From positions 1,088,001-1,152,000 of the forward strand of contig CAWGMQ010000005.1 in NCBI GenBank assembly GCA_963823665.1: a DNA stretch of 64,000 bases, written 5' to 3'. The notes beneath the pieces were generated by a model, which was not told the origin of the DNA, ran no database searches, and worked only from the letters and a program-made list of their open reading frames with translations. This DNA is from an uncultured Planctomycetota bacterium (GTDB lineage Bacteria > Planctomycetota > Planctomycetia > Isosphaerales > Isosphaeraceae). Below, one piece after another: positions 21,098-31,945 of this stretch. Every line of letters starts with the position of its first letter. Within the stretch, counting starts at the first letter, position 1. Position numbers and translations under genes: made by a program.

Positions 21098-22485
21098 TCG
21101 TCGACGACGAGGCCAGCATCTGCTGGGCCTTTCGCGAATCCCTGGGTGACCTCGGCCACAATGTCGAGGTTGCCGCCTCCGCCGAGGAAGGTCTGCAAAT
21201 CGCCTCCCGGAACAACCTCGACGTCGTCGTTCTCGACATCCGTCTGCCCGGAATGGATGGCCTGACCGCGATGCGCACCTTCCGCGAATGCCTCGGGCGC
21301 GTGCCGATCGTCATCATCACCGCATTTGGCGACCTGGAGACCGCCGTCCGGGCCCTCGAGGGGGGCGCATTCGAATACCTCGTCAAGCCGTTCGACCTCG
21401 ATCAGGCAACCTCCGTCGTCAAACGAGCCCTCGAAAAAAAGCAAACGGACCACGACCAGCACCCGGCGCCCGCACGCACCGATTCGGAAGCGCTCATCGG
21501 CTCCTCCCCGGCGATGCAGGAGCTCTTCAAAAACATCGCACTCGTCGCCCCCGCCGGAGTGCCCGTGCTCATCACCGGCGAAAGCGGAACCGGCAAGGAG
21601 CTCGTCGCCCGCGCAATCCACCGCCACAGCGGCCGCCGCGACGGTCCATTCCTCCCCATCTGCCTCGCAGCGCTCAGCCCCAGTCTCGTCGAACGCGAGC
21701 TCTTCGGCCACGTCAAGGGGTCCTTCACCGGCGCCGTCCAGGACCGCAAGGGCCTGCTCGAGCTGGCAAACGGGGGCACCGTCCTGCTCGACGAGATCGG
21801 CGACATCGCCCTCAGCCTCCAGGTGAAGCTGCTCCGCGCCATCGAACACGGTGAAGTCACACCGGTTGGCGACGCCCGCCCGCGGCCTATCGACATCCGC
21901 GTGATCGCCGCCACCAACCAGCCGCTCGGCACCCTCATGACCGCCGGTGCCTTTCGCGAAGACCTGTTCTTTCGCTTGAGCGTCTTTCAGATCCACATTC
22001 CCCCCTTGCGCGAACGCCGCCAAGACATCCCGGCCCTGGCCGACGCATTCCTCAGACAGGCTCGTCTTGCAACCGTGACCAACACGCAAATCACCGACGA
22101 CGTCATGGCCGAGCTCCAGTCGCGGTCCTGGACCGGCAACGTCCGCGAGCTGCGCAACGCCATCGAACACGCGGCAATCATGGCCCGCGGCCAGCCCATC
22201 CGGCTCGAGCACTTTCCCGCCGTGCCGGCAACCCGACAACAACCACCATCATCATCAAGTCAAACCGGCTTCGACGCCGATCTGGCCGCCTGGGTCCGCC
22301 GCGCTTTTCACGATCGATCCCAGAACGGGAACGCGGTCTATGAACAGTTCCTCGAACGAGCCGAACCCCCGCTTCTGCGAGCCGCACTCGAAGAATGCCG
22401 GGGCAACCGCGCCGCAGCCGCCCAGATTCTGGGAATCCACCGGGCAACCCTGAGGCAGAAACTTCGCAAGTACGGGATCGAGTAG
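21082..22485 (+). CDS. Sigma54-dependent response regulator (NtrC family)
   Basis: Receiver domain, GESGTGKE, GSFTGA, WTGNVREL, Fis-type HTH. Confidence 0.95.
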   Translation: MGRILIVDDEASICWAFRESLGDLGHNVEVAASAEEGLQIASRNNLDVVVLDIRLPGMDGLTAMRTFRECLGRVPIVIITAFGDLETAVRALEGGAFEYLVKPFDLDQATSVVKRALEKKQTDHDQHPAPARTDSEALIGSSPAMQELFKNIALVAPAGVPVLITGESGTGKELVARAIHRHSGRRDGPFLPICLAALSPSLVERELFGHVKGSFTGAVQDRKGLLELANGGTVLLDEIGDIALSLQVKLLRAIEHGEVTPVGDARPRPIDIRVIAATNQPLGTLMTAGAFREDLFFRLSVFQIHIPPLRERRQDIPALADAFLRQARLATVTNTQITDDVMAELQSRSWTGNVRELRNAIEHAAIMARGQPIRLEHFPAVPATRQQPPSSSSQTGFDADLAAWVRRAFHDRSQNGNAVYEQFLERAEPPLLRAALEECRGNRAAAAQILGIHRATLRQKLRKYGIE

Positions 22486-22568
22486 CCGCCGAGCGAGGAA
22501 TGGGCCGTCGAGCGTCCCATTGAGAGTATCCAAGAGCCGACGCATAAGGCACTTATGGCTCGCTCCGC

Positions 22569-22598
22569 TTGACGTCCGCGAGCCGCGAGCTATAAGAT
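22569..22598 (+). promoter_or_regulatory. Putative sigma70 promoter of secA
   Basis: TTGACG (22569-74) followed after 16-18 nt by TATAAG/TAAGAT, about 60 nt upstream of the secA ATG. Confidence 0.45.
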
Positions 22599-22658
22599 TG
22601 CTCCGATAAACGACTTATCTATGTCCATTCTCAACACTTTCTGGGAGCGGTAGCGGCA

Positions 22659-25600
22659 ATGGAACTGCTGAGCGATATCTGGGACAAGACGACCGACGCA
22701 TTCACGGCCCTGACGGAAGGCGTCTCCGAGGGCCTGGTTCGTCTGTTCGGCAGCTCCAACGAGCGCAGAATCCGTCACATGCGGGCGACGGTGGACCGAA
22801 TCAACGAGCTCGAGCCCGCAATGAAGACGCTCAGTGCCGACGAGCTGCGGGCCAAAACGGCCGAGCTGCGGCAGCGCAGGACCGCCGGCGAGTCGCTCGA
22901 GGAGCTCTTGCCCGAGGCCTTCGCCGCGGCGCGCGAGTCGGGCCGTCGCTATCTCAACATGCGCCACTTCGACGTCCAGTTGATGGGCGGCATGGTCTTG
23001 CACGGCGGCAACATCGCCGAGATGGTCACGGGCGAAGGCAAGACCCTGGTCGCCACCCTGGCGGCTTACCTGAACGCGCTGGACGGCCGCGGCGTGCACG
23101 TCATCACGGTCAACGACTACCTCGCCCGCCGCGACGCTGAATGGATGAGCCCGTTGTTCCATGGTCTCGGGATGACCGTCGGCGCGATCCAGTCTGAGAT
23201 GGATTCCAGCGAGCGCCAGGCGATCTACGGCTGCGACATCACCTACGGAACCAACAACGAGTTCGGCTTCGACTACCTCCGCGACAACATGAAGCCGACC
23301 AAGGAGTATCAATCTCAAGGCGAGCTCAATTACGCCATCATCGACGAGGTCGACAGCATCCTGATCGACGAGGCCCGCACGCCCCTCATCATCTCCGGGC
23401 CTGCGTTCGACGACGTCGCCAAGTACGCCGAAGCCGACCGCATCGCCCGCCAGCTCAAGCGCGACCTCCACTTCGAGGTCAAGGAAAAGGAGCGGACTTG
23501 CCATCTGAACGATGACGGCGTGCGCGAGGCCGAGAAGATCGCCGGGCTCGAAAGCTTCTACACCCCCGGCAACATGGAGTGGCCGCACCTGATCGACAAT
23601 GCCTTGAAGGCCCATCACCTCTACCGGCGCGACCGCGATTACGTCGTCCAGCCCGACGGCGAGGTGGTCATCGTCGACGAGTTCACCGGCCGTTTGATGA
23701 TCGGCCGCCAGTGGTCCGACGGCCTCCATCAGGCCGTCGAAGCCAAGGAAAAAGTCAAGGTCAAGGAAGAGAATCAGACGCTCGCCACGATCACCCTCCA
23801 GAACTTCTTCAAGCTCTACAAGAAGCTCGCCGGCATGACCGGCACGGCCATGACCGAGGCGACCGAGTTTTACAAGGTCTACGAGCTCGACGTCATCGCC
23901 ATCCCCACCAACCAGACCCTCGTGCGGGTCAACTACCCCGACGTGATCTACCGCTACGAGCGCGAGAAGACCGAAGCCATCCTGGACGAGATCCGCGAGG
24001 TGAACGCGACCGGCCGGCCGATCTTGGTCGGCACAACCTCGATCGAAAAGTCGGAAGAGCTCGCCGGGATGCTCAAACGCTACGGCATTCCCCACCAGGT
24101 CTTGAACGCCAAGTATCACGAGCGCGAGGCCGAGATCGTGGCCCAGGCCGGCCGCCGCGGCGCCGTGACCATCGCCACCAACATGGCCGGCCGCGGCACC
24201 GACATCATCCTGGGCGGCAACCCCGAATTCATGGCCTGGGCCGACCTCAAGCGCCAGGCCGATGAAGACGGCCGCCCGCTCTATCAAACCCGCCTCGATG
24301 TCTCGAAGGAAGTGTGGGAAGAAGCGGTCCGCCGCTACGAGCCCGAGATGAAGACCGAAGGCCGCGAAGTCGCCGCCTTGGGCGGCCTGCACATCATCGG
24401 CACCGAGCGCCACGAAAGCCGCCGCATCGATAACCAGCTTCGCGGCCGCGCCGGCCGCCAGGGTGATCCCGGCTCCTCGCGCTTCTTCCTGTCGCTCGAA
24501 GACGACCTGATGCGCAAGTTCGCCGGCGAATGGGTCTCCGCCGTCCTCACCCGCTTGGGAATGCAGGAAGGCGAAGCCATCGAGAGCAAGATGGTCAGCC
24601 GCCGCATCGAAGGCGCCCAGAAGAAAGTCGAGGAGCGCAACTTCGACATCCGCAAGAACCTCCTCGAATACGACGAGGTCATGGACCAGCAGCGCCGGCG
24701 CATCTACTCCTTCCGCCAGAGCCTGCTCGAGGGCGCACCTCCCAAGGAAATGGTCCTCGAAATGATCGACAAGCAGATCGAGGATGCCGCCGGCCGCTTT
24801 CTCGCCGACGACTACGGTGCCGCCACGTTCGCCGAAGTCGCCGGCCAGGCCCTGGGCGTCGAGCTCACCGCGCGCGACGTCAAGGGCGCAAGCTTCGAAG
24901 ACGCCGTCGAGATCGCCAGGTCCAAGGCCGAGCGACAGCTCTCCGACTCCATCCGCCAGGCCATCGAGGAAAACCTCCCCCCCGACGCCGATCGCTCCGA
25001 ATGGACCTGGCAGGCCCTCGTCAACTGGGTCAACAATCGCTTCGGGCTGAAGCTCAACGAAAAAGAGCTCCGGAAAATCGCCATCACCGATGAAGAAGAG
25101 TTCCGCTCCGGCCACGATGACCTCGAGGAATTCCTCACCGAGCGGGCCACCGAGGCAATCGCCGGCATCGACTTGTCCAAAGCGAACGAGTTCCTCCAGC
25201 CCGACTGGGGGCGCCGCACACTCGCCGGCTGGGTCCACCACAAATTCACCCTGGTCGTCGACCCGGCAACCTGGGCTGATCTCGATCGCGGGGAAATCAT
25301 CCGCCGCGTCCGGGCCGCCGCACGCCAGCTCTACGCCCTCAAGGAGGCCGAGCTCCCCTTGCGCATCGCCCTCCGCCGATTCCTCGGCGACCGCTCCCAG
25401 ACTGCGTCCCCGCGCTACGACCGCGACGGCCTCGCCGCCTGGCTGAACGAGCGCTACCAGGCCCACATCGATCCCGAAGAGCTGCGCCCCCTGCTCCGCT
25501 CCCAGATCGAGGCCAGGCTCACCGAGCTCGCACACGAACATTATCAAGGTGAAAACGCCTCGCAGGAGCTCGAAGCAAAACTATCAGCCGCCAGGATCAG

Positions 25601-26285
25601 CCGCTCGCACCCCGACTCCGATTCCACTCCGCCCACACCGGCGGCGCTCGCCGAGATCGCCGACTGGGCCAACCAGTCCCTGGGCCTCTCGACCACCGCC
25701 GAACATCTCGCATCGATGACTTCCGGCGAGATCCGGCACACGCTCTTGAACGCCATCGATGCCCGTTACCGCCCCGAAATGCGCGAGATGGAAAAATCCG
25801 TGCTCCTCGATATCCTCGACTCGAGCTGGATGGAACACCTCCGCACCATGGACCACCTCCGCAGCTCGATCGGCCTCCAGGGCTACGCACAGATCGACCC
25901 CAAGGTCGAATACAAACGTGAGGGCATGCGCATCTTCGGCGACATGTGGGGCGGCATCGGCGATCGCGTCACCGACCTCATCTTCCGCGTCGAACAGTTC
26001 GACCCCCAGGTCCTGGACGACCTCGGCTCGCGCTGGAAGCTCGACCGCGCCCAGACCATCCACCACCAGGCCGAATCACAGCTCTCCGCCCCGGCTGCTT
26101 CCGGAGGCACCCGCCGCCAGCAAGACGCCGCAATCGCCGCCAGCGAGCGCTCCACCGAAAAGAAACGCGAGCCCCTCCGCAACACCAACAAGAAAGTCGG
26201 TCGCAACGACCTATGTCCCTGCGGCTCCGGTAAAAAGTTCAAAGCCTGCTGCATGCGCAAACAATCGATGGCCGACCCGTTTTGA
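22659..26285 (+). CDS. secA: Preprotein translocase subunit SecA
   Basis: [59 protein letters not shown]-terminal [18 protein letters not shown]. Confidence 0.98.
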   Translation: MELLSDIWDKTTDAFTALTEGVSEGLVRLFGSSNERRIRHMRATVDRINELEPAMKTLSADELRAKTAELRQRRTAGESLEELLPEAFAAARESGRRYLNMRHFDVQLMGGMVLHGGNIAEMVTGEGKTLVATLAAYLNALDGRGVHVITVNDYLARRDAEWMSPLFHGLGMTVGAIQSEMDSSERQAIYGCDITYGTNNEFGFDYLRDNMKPTKEYQSQGELNYAIIDEVDSILIDEARTPLIISGPAFDDVAKYAEADRIARQLKRDLHFEVKEKERTCHLNDDGVREAEKIAGLESFYTPGNMEWPHLIDNALKAHHLYRRDRDYVVQPDGEVVIVDEFTGRLMIGRQWSDGLHQAVEAKEKVKVKEENQTLATITLQNFFKLYKKLAGMTGTAMTEATEFYKVYELDVIAIPTNQTLVRVNYPDVIYRYEREKTEAILDEIREVNATGRPILVGTTSIEKSEELAGMLKRYGIPHQVLNAKYHEREAEIVAQAGRRGAVTIATNMAGRGTDIILGGNPEFMAWADLKRQADEDGRPLYQTRLDVSKEVWEEAVRRYEPEMKTEGREVAALGGLHIIGTERHESRRIDNQLRGRAGRQGDPGSSRFFLSLEDDLMRKFAGEWVSAVLTRLGMQEGEAIESKMVSRRIEGAQKKVEERNFDIRKNLLEYDEVMDQQRRRIYSFRQSLLEGAPPKEMVLEMIDKQIEDAAGRFLADDYGAATFAEVAGQALGVELTARDVKGASFEDAVEIARSKAERQLSDSIRQAIEENLPPDADRSEWTWQALVNWVNNRFGLKLNEKELRKIAITDEEEFRSGHDDLEEFLTERATEAIAGIDLSKANEFLQPDWGRRTLAGWVHHKFTLVVDPATWADLDRGEIIRRVRAAARQLYALKEAELPLRIALRRFLGDRSQTASPRYDRDGLAAWLNERYQAHIDPEELRPLLRSQIEARLTELAHEHYQGENASQELEAKLSAARISRSHPDSDSTPPTPAALAEIADWANQSLGLSTTAEHLASMTSGEIRHTLLNAIDARYRPEMREMEKSVLLDILDSSWMEHLRTMDHLRSSIGLQGYAQIDPKVEYKREGMRIFGDMWGGIGDRVTDLIFRVEQFDPQVLDDLGSRWKLDRAQTIHHQAESQLSAPAASGGTRRQQDAAIAASERSTEKKREPLRNTNKKVGRNDLCPCGSGKKFKACCMRKQSMADPF

Positions 26286-26560
26286 TTGATTTCCCCAGTC
26301 TCCTCATTTTGTTTCGACACCCCACCTGCCCCGTTTGGCTTTATCCGTCGCTCAGACGCACTGCGAAGCGGCGGCAATCGCAACCGGCTCGCTCGCAAGA
26401 TCTGCCGAGCAGACCATGACTTAGGGACGGCGAACCGTCGGATTGCTGGCGTCGGCTACACGAGAAATGCAGACGTTCCCCGCGCTCAAGTCCGTCGACC
26501 ATCGGTAATTGTGCGCAAAGCGTGGCGACCCTAATGAGTCCGGGCACGCCAGTTGCTATC

Positions 26561-26699
26561 AGTGTCGCCCATCGCTCCGCGATGGGTTCCCGATTTGGCA
26601 TCGCGGCGCTGTCCAGACACGCCGATTGCTGTTAGTGTCGCCCATCGCTCCGCGATGGGTTCCCAACAATCCAGTGTCGCCCATCGCTCCGCGATGGGT
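26561..26699. repeat. Three copies of a REP-like palindrome AGTGTCG-CCCATCGC-TCC-GCGATGGG
   Basis: Copies start at 26561, 26634 and 26673; perfect 8-bp stem. Confidence 0.85.
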
Positions 26700-26761
26700 C
26701 TTAGAAAATACCTTCCGCTTCTTACGGACGAGAATCGCTTGCGGGAAAGGATTCCCTCGAG

Positions 26762-28075
26762 ATGCCATTCGCGCTCAACTTGATTTACGCCGCGGCTCTG
26801 GTCGTTTTCTCGCCGCTGCTTTTCTACCGATGGCTTCGAGACGGCAAATACCGCGAAGGGTGGGTCGAAAAGCTGCTGGGAAAAGCACCCCTCCGGATCG
26901 GCGATCACCCGTGCTTGTGGTTCCATTCCGTCAGCGTCGGCGAAGTCCTGTTGCTTCGCCCGCTGGTGCAGGAGATGGCCCGCCGCCGGCCGAACTGGCA
27001 GGTCGTGATCTCGACCTCCACCTCGACAGGGCTCGCCGTCGCTCGCCGCGTCTATCCCGACCTCGTCACGTTCTACGCACCCCTCGACTTTAGCTGGGCA
27101 ACCCGGCGCGCCATTGCGCGAGTGCGCCCGACGGTGCTGGCCTTGGTCGAGCTCGAGCTCTGGCCCAATTTGATCCGCGCCGCCAAGCGCTCCGGCTCCA
27201 AGGTCGCGATCATCAATGCCCGCCTCAGCACCAGGAGCTATCGCGGCTACCGGAGCTTGCGCCGGCCGCTGCGGCCGACGCTCGGCAGCATCGACATCGT
27301 TGCGGCCCAGAACGGCGAATACGCCAGGCGCTTCGTCGACCTGGGAATTCCCCGTCACCGCATCAGCGTCACCGGCTCGGTGAAGTACGACGGCCTGGAG
27401 AGCGACCGGAACAACGCGAAGACGCGCGAGCTCCGCCGGCTTCTCGGCCTGGCTTCGACCGACCTGGTCTTTGTGGCCGGCAGCACGATGGAAGGCGAGG
27501 AAGCCGCTGTTTTGCAGGCGTACAACACAGCCCGGCGCCAGCATCGCGGCTTGCGGCTGATCCTCGTTCCCCGCCACGCCGAGCGTTTCGACGACGTGGC
27601 TCGCTGGCTCAGGCAGAACAAGGAAACGGTCGTGAGGCGCAGCGAGTTGACGAGCCCGATCACGCGCACCTGGGGTGGAATCCCTCCGATCACCCTGATC
27701 GACACGATCGGAGAGCTCTCGGCAATCTGGGGCCTGGCCGACGTGGCATTCGTCGGCGGCAGCCTGCACGCCGGCCGCGGCGGCCAGAACATGATGGAGC
27801 CCGCCGCGTATGGTGCATCGGTGATGTTCGGTCCCCACATTGCAAACTTCCGCGAGACGGTCGATCAATTGCTCAAGCACAACGCCGCCCGGCAGGTCGC
27901 CGACGCCGACGAGCTGACGCAGGGTCTTCTGGCCGATCTCGACGACCCCGAGACCGCAGCAGCCCGTGGCGCAGCCGGCCGAGACTTCGTCCTGGCCCAG
28001 CACGGCGCCGCCGGCCGAACCCTCGCCGAGCTCGACCGCCTGGTCGAATCGTCCCTCGCCACAGTATCAGACTAA
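26762..28075 (+). CDS. waaA: 3-deoxy-D-manno-octulosonic acid (Kdo) transferase
   Basis: LWFHSVSVGE, APLDF, ELELWPN, INARLS, GSVKYD, AGST, LVPRH.ERF, DTIGEL, FVGGSL..GGQN..EPA. Confidence 0.95.
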   Translation: MPFALNLIYAAALVVFSPLLFYRWLRDGKYREGWVEKLLGKAPLRIGDHPCLWFHSVSVGEVLLLRPLVQEMARRRPNWQVVISTSTSTGLAVARRVYPDLVTFYAPLDFSWATRRAIARVRPTVLALVELELWPNLIRAAKRSGSKVAIINARLSTRSYRGYRSLRRPLRPTLGSIDIVAAQNGEYARRFVDLGIPRHRISVTGSVKYDGLESDRNNAKTRELRRLLGLASTDLVFVAGSTMEGEEAAVLQAYNTARRQHRGLRLILVPRHAERFDDVARWLRQNKETVVRRSELTSPITRTWGGIPPITLIDTIGELSAIWGLADVAFVGGSLHAGRGGQNMMEPAAYGASVMFGPHIANFRETVDQLLKHNAARQVADADELTQGLLADLDDPETAAARGAAGRDFVLAQHGAAGRTLAELDRLVESSLATVSD

Positions 28076-28318
28076 CGTCGACGTGACGTCGACCGCTGAG
28101 ACCCTCCCGGCGCTCATTCTTCGAGTCTCTGCCCGTGAACGCGCGTGTAACCCCCCCCGAAAGTGCCGTCATGCCGTCAGCTCCTTGCAGCGATTGGAGT
28201 TACGTCAGACGGCACGATTCTGCTCAAAAAGGCCCGATCGAAGCATCTCGAACGGCACACCAGACTTACGCCTGACGGCACCATGACGGCACCCGCCCGT
28301 TTTCGCCCGAGCTGCAGG

Positions 28319-28524
28319 CCCCGAAGGGGCGACATCGTACAGCCTGGTGGCGTGAGCCCCAGGTCGAGCGTCGCGAGCAAACGCCCGCCATTCCCCAAGC
28401 CCCAACGGGGCGACATCGTACAGCCTGGCGGCGTGAGCCCCAGGTCGAGCGTCGCGAGCAAACGCCCGCCATTCCCCAAGCCCCAACGGGGCGACACCGT
28501 ACAGCCTGGTGGCGTGAGCCCCAG
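28319..28524. repeat. 81-bp tandem REP-like repeat, about 2.5 copies
   Basis: Unit CCCC(G/A)A(A/C)GGGGCGACAycGTACAGCCTGGyGGCGTGAGCCCCAGG...; period 81 nt; internal hairpins. Confidence 0.85.
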
Positions 28525-29761
28525 GACTGGGTGCACCCACCCCAACACGACGCCGTCTCACAGCGCGTGCGTCCCGAATTTCGATCTGCTCGCGTCAGAG
28601 CGCCTGGTTGCCGACGTGACTGTCCGCGGCGGCGCTGCTCCTCTCGTGCGACAGAACTCGCCTGGCACCGATCGCAAGGGATCAATCTCCGCCTGATCGC
28701 CGGACGAACCACGACAAAAAAGTTCGCAAGGCCTACGTCACCCGTCATCTGCGCCATCCCCTTGCGGCGCTTCAACTTAACGGGTGACGCAGGTATAATC
28801 GGAACCCCCCTTGAATCGACATAACTCCAGATTTCTAATTGACTTATACGGTGACGCAGATGGTGACGCAGAGACAGATGATGAACGCGCCGCGCACCCC
28901 CTCGTACGGCAACTTCGCCTTTCGTTCACAATCGAGTTAATCCACGCGCCGGCGCCCTCGGGAGCGCCGACCTTCTCCAGTGGGCGACGATGGAGCCCCT
29001 CGTCTCGACGCTCGGCGTCGCAACGTACTCCCAAAAAACGCTCTTTGTTTCTGCATCGAAAAAAGCCGCCCAAACATAGTGAACAACAGAGTCGCATCGT
29101 TTTGGCAATTTTTGCGGTGGCATTGCCATGAGTTTTCTCGAAGCGCTTGGAAGAGCACTCGCCATGTCCGATCCTGTGATTCAGATTCGACATGCGGAGC
29201 GAACGTCTCCACTCCAGATGACCGCTCGAACGATCGAAAAATGGCAAAAAGTGGCAATATTACGAGGGCCTTCCAGCATCCGTACACCAGTGTAAATTGG
29301 CCGCTTTTGAGCAACGGCAAGTGGTCGTCATCCGTTGGTCGTTGAAGCTCGCACAATACAGTTGGAATCATGGTCACTTCTCAAAAGGAGCGGATATGGA
29401 TGAAAGCGCGGCATCATGCATCCCGAGCAGGTCAGCCCCTTCACCCGTGGCACTATCTGGCACTGGATGGCACTTTTTTCGAGGATTTCCCCGCTGTTCT
29501 CAGGAAAACTGGAGATCGACGAAGAGGCAGGAAAGGAACGCAAAGGGAGCCGCCCATCGCGCCTGCATCGCGCGTCCGCGCACTCTCCCTCACGTGATAA
29601 TATGCGACGAGTTTGCCTGCTCGGCAACAAACGCCTCCAAAAAAAGCGCAATCACTCGACCGACACGGCTGCAACGTCAGGAGCTGCGGCTTTGCGCGAT
29701 TTCTTTGTTAATTGTGAACACGCGGTCATGGGATGGGGTCGTCGAGGGCCTTTCGTGGGTA

Positions 29762-29870
29762 AGAATGATCTACAGTACGGCCATTCCAGTTGCGCAAACG
29801 CAGGAAGAATTCGGCCTTTTTGATCAACCGCGGTCCAGTTGCACCGTTCGTAGGGCAAGGCCCGGATAAA
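29762..29870. repeat. Imperfect ~110-bp direct repeat, copy 1 (copy 2 at 31682-31790)
   Basis: AGAATGATCT...GGCCATTC.AGTTG...GAATTCGGCCTTTTTGATCA.CC.CGGTCCA.TTG..CCGTTCGTAGG shared at offset 1920. Confidence 0.8.
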
Positions 29871-30040
29871 TAGAGGGGCATATGCCGGCGCCGCCCGCGG
29901 ATGCGGGCTCGGGCGATAGGCAGTCCGCTCGCCAGCGGGGTTCCCTCGTTCTGCCAGCCGCACGCTGACGTCCTCAGGACGAGATCGCGACCCCGTTGCA
30001 GTCTCGAGGTATAATGACACCGAATCCTGAAGGAGGAGCC

Positions 30041-30334
30041 ATGACCACCAAGACCGAAAAACAATACCAACACTTGGAGCCGCGACCCGGCTCGAATTAT
30101 CGGCAGTTGTGGCTCGAGGGTCGACGGATTCGAGCGGCGGTGGTTTACGAAGCCATCCATGGCCCTGATCCCCGCAGCCCGGAAGAATTCGCTCGGGACT
30201 ATCAGGTTCCGCTCCCGGCGGTCCTTGAGGCTCTCGACTACGTGGCCCAAAATCTCCCGCTCATCCAGCAAGAGCGGGACCACGAGGCGGCCAGGCTCCG
30301 GGCACGGGGTCTCCTCGGGCCCGCGCATGAATGA
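30041..30334 (+). CDS. DUF433-like HTH antitoxin
   Basis: GRRIRAAVVY...SPEEFARDYQVPLPAVLEALDY; RBS AGGAGG; TATAAT at 30010; ATGA overlap with the PIN gene. Confidence 0.75.
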   Translation: MTTKTEKQYQHLEPRPGSNYRQLWLEGRRIRAAVVYEAIHGPDPRSPEEFARDYQVPLPAVLEALDYVAQNLPLIQQERDHEAARLRARGLLGPAHE

Positions 30335-30570
30335 AGGCGCTGCTCGACGAGAACATGAGCGATCCGCGCTTGGCCGCGCGGCTTCGGGCTCGCGGTCACG
30401 ATCCTATCCTTGCTCCTGACGTCGGATTGCTGTCCGTCTCGGATCCGAGAGTGCTGATCTTTTGTATCGCCGAGAGCATTCCGGTTTTGACTCGCGATGC
30501 CGAGGACTTCGAAGACCTGCATGATCTGATCATGGCTGCGTCGGGCCATCATGCCGGGATTCTCCTCTGT
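30331..30570 (+). pseudogene. DUF5615 (Mut7-C/PIN-like) toxin, C-terminally truncated
   Basis: MKALLDENM...GHD...D..VL......LTRD.EDF..LH...HHAGILL; the frame then runs into the antisense strand of the convergent gene. Confidence 0.65.
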
Positions 30571-30876
30571 CATCTCGCAATCGCCCGCCAAGTGGAGGCG
30601 CAATCTCTCCCTCACCGCCTCCGACAGATTGGCGTCCGGCGGCTCGTACCGGTCGCGCTCAATCCGCTCCGCTTCCCGCTCGACAATCTCCTCACGATGC
30701 TTCATACCGTATTCAGTGAACCGATATTCCGTGTCCGAGCCGGGTACTGGCTCCATGATCCCCGCGGCAGCCAGCTCGCGGTAGGCCGGCAACTGGCTTC
30801 CCGGTACTTTGGATCGATATCCCTTGATTTCGAAGCGCAGCACGGCGACGGCGTCGGGCGACAGGGCGACCTGCAT
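30560..30876 (-). pseudogene. Winged-helix-like planctomycete hypothetical protein, truncated
   Basis: MQVALSPDAVAVLRF...AYRELAAAGIMEPV...YRFTE; RBS AAGGAGG; a second repeat LSEAVRERLRLH breaks off; similar to 47910-48296. Confidence 0.55.
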
Positions 30877-31232
30877 TGCGACCTCCTTCGGGCGGATTCT
30901 ACCGGAACGCGCCAAGGCGCGGAACGCCAAGCCGTTGCTCTCGTCAAATGACTACAATCCCCGCGTCGTTGGCGTCACAACCTGCTGATTCGAAGCAATT
31001 ACGGGCGCACGAGGTGCCGCCGCAGGCGAATTTGGCCGTACGCTCGCACCGCGGATGTGCCGCTGCAGGCGGAGGTGGGGGCTACCGCACAGCGAAGGCC
31101 GCCCAGCCCAGCGGCGTTTGGCACTGGCGCACCGGAAAGCTGCCGTCGCCGGCGGCGGACGGCCCGCCCTGAGCATGGTCGAAGGGGGCTCGCACACACG
31201 GGGCGGCCGCGCCGACATCCGTCATTCCGCCA

Positions 31233-31275
31233 GTCCTCCGTCCTCCGCCCTCCGTCCTCCGTCCTCCGTCCTCTG
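31233..31275. repeat. Heptamer tandem repeat (GTCCTCC)n
   Basis: About six copies visible; a second heptamer run (TCGGATT)n lies at ~31451-31482. Confidence 0.8.
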
Positions 31276-31681
31276 CGCTTCCCCCCGCTCGGGTTCGTTC
31301 GCAAATTCCAGCCACGTTGTAAAGTCCCATTTCGTTTTCGTTTTGTGGTTCAATCACAATTCGAACCTCAACTTATGCATTTCCAGCCACGTGAGCCCAG
31401 CTGGGTTCGTTCGCGTGTTTTTCGCCGCCGATCAATTTCGTCTCCGAACCTCGGATTTCGGATTTCGAGTTTCGGATTTCGGCTCTCGCCTTTGCTCCCA
31501 TTTCCGGCGCCACGCCGGCCGGTGGTGTCGTTCGCTGTAGGTCAGGCTTTCAGCTTGACGATCCGTAAGCCAGGCGTTCAGCCCAGCACCAGAACGAGGC
31601 GTTCCTGGAGTACCCGGTAGTTGGCGTCGATCTCCCCCGTTCGCGCCGACCCGCACGCAGGCTCACGCGTTGCTCCTACCT

Positions 31682-31790
31682 AGAATGATCTGCAAACAGG
31701 CCATTCAAGTTGTGCGCGCTCACGAGGAATTCGGCCTTTTTGATCAGCCCCGGTCCAATTGTGCCGTTCGTAGGTGAAGGTCCATAAGAA
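31682..31790. repeat. Imperfect ~110-bp direct repeat, copy 2
   Basis: See 29762-29870. Confidence 0.8.
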
Positions 31791-31889
31791 TGGGCGAACG
31801 AGCGGCGCGTTTCGGCAGCGAGAAAGGGGTTCGCGTAGAGGTGTGGCCGCGGGCACCGGCGCGGTCTCCTCATTCCGTCGCACCGTGCC

Positions 31890-31945
31890 GGGAGAGCGCC
31901 TGGCTTGCAACCAAGGGGTTGCCGGCTCGATCCCGGTCGATTGAT
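31890..31945 (+). pseudogene. Degenerate tRNA-Ala(TGC) fragment
   Basis: GGGAGAGCG CCTGG CT-TGC-AA CCAAG GGGTT GCCGG CTCGATC CCGGT: 3' side of the D arm, anticodon arm and T arm recognisable; 5' acceptor/D strand missing. Confidence 0.65.

Noticed and set aside
22590..25547. 985-aa minus-strand ORF
   Set aside because: Shadow of secA, common in high-GC DNA.
26561..26699. Possible mini-CRISPR array
   Set aside because: Only three copies, very unequal spacers (about 42 and 8 nt), no cas genes; fits a REP-like element.
28319..28524. Possible CRISPR array or repeat protein
   Set aside because: Whole 81-bp units repeat with no unique spacers; overlapping ORFs have no protein features.
29447..29475. 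Three TGGCAC copies as a sigma54 promoter
   Set aside because: No correctly spaced TTGC -12 element and no clear downstream gene.
31890..31945. Functional tRNA-Ala gene
   Set aside because: No acceptor stem or 5' D stem, a mismatch in the anticodon stem and T-loop CTCG; kept only as a remnant.
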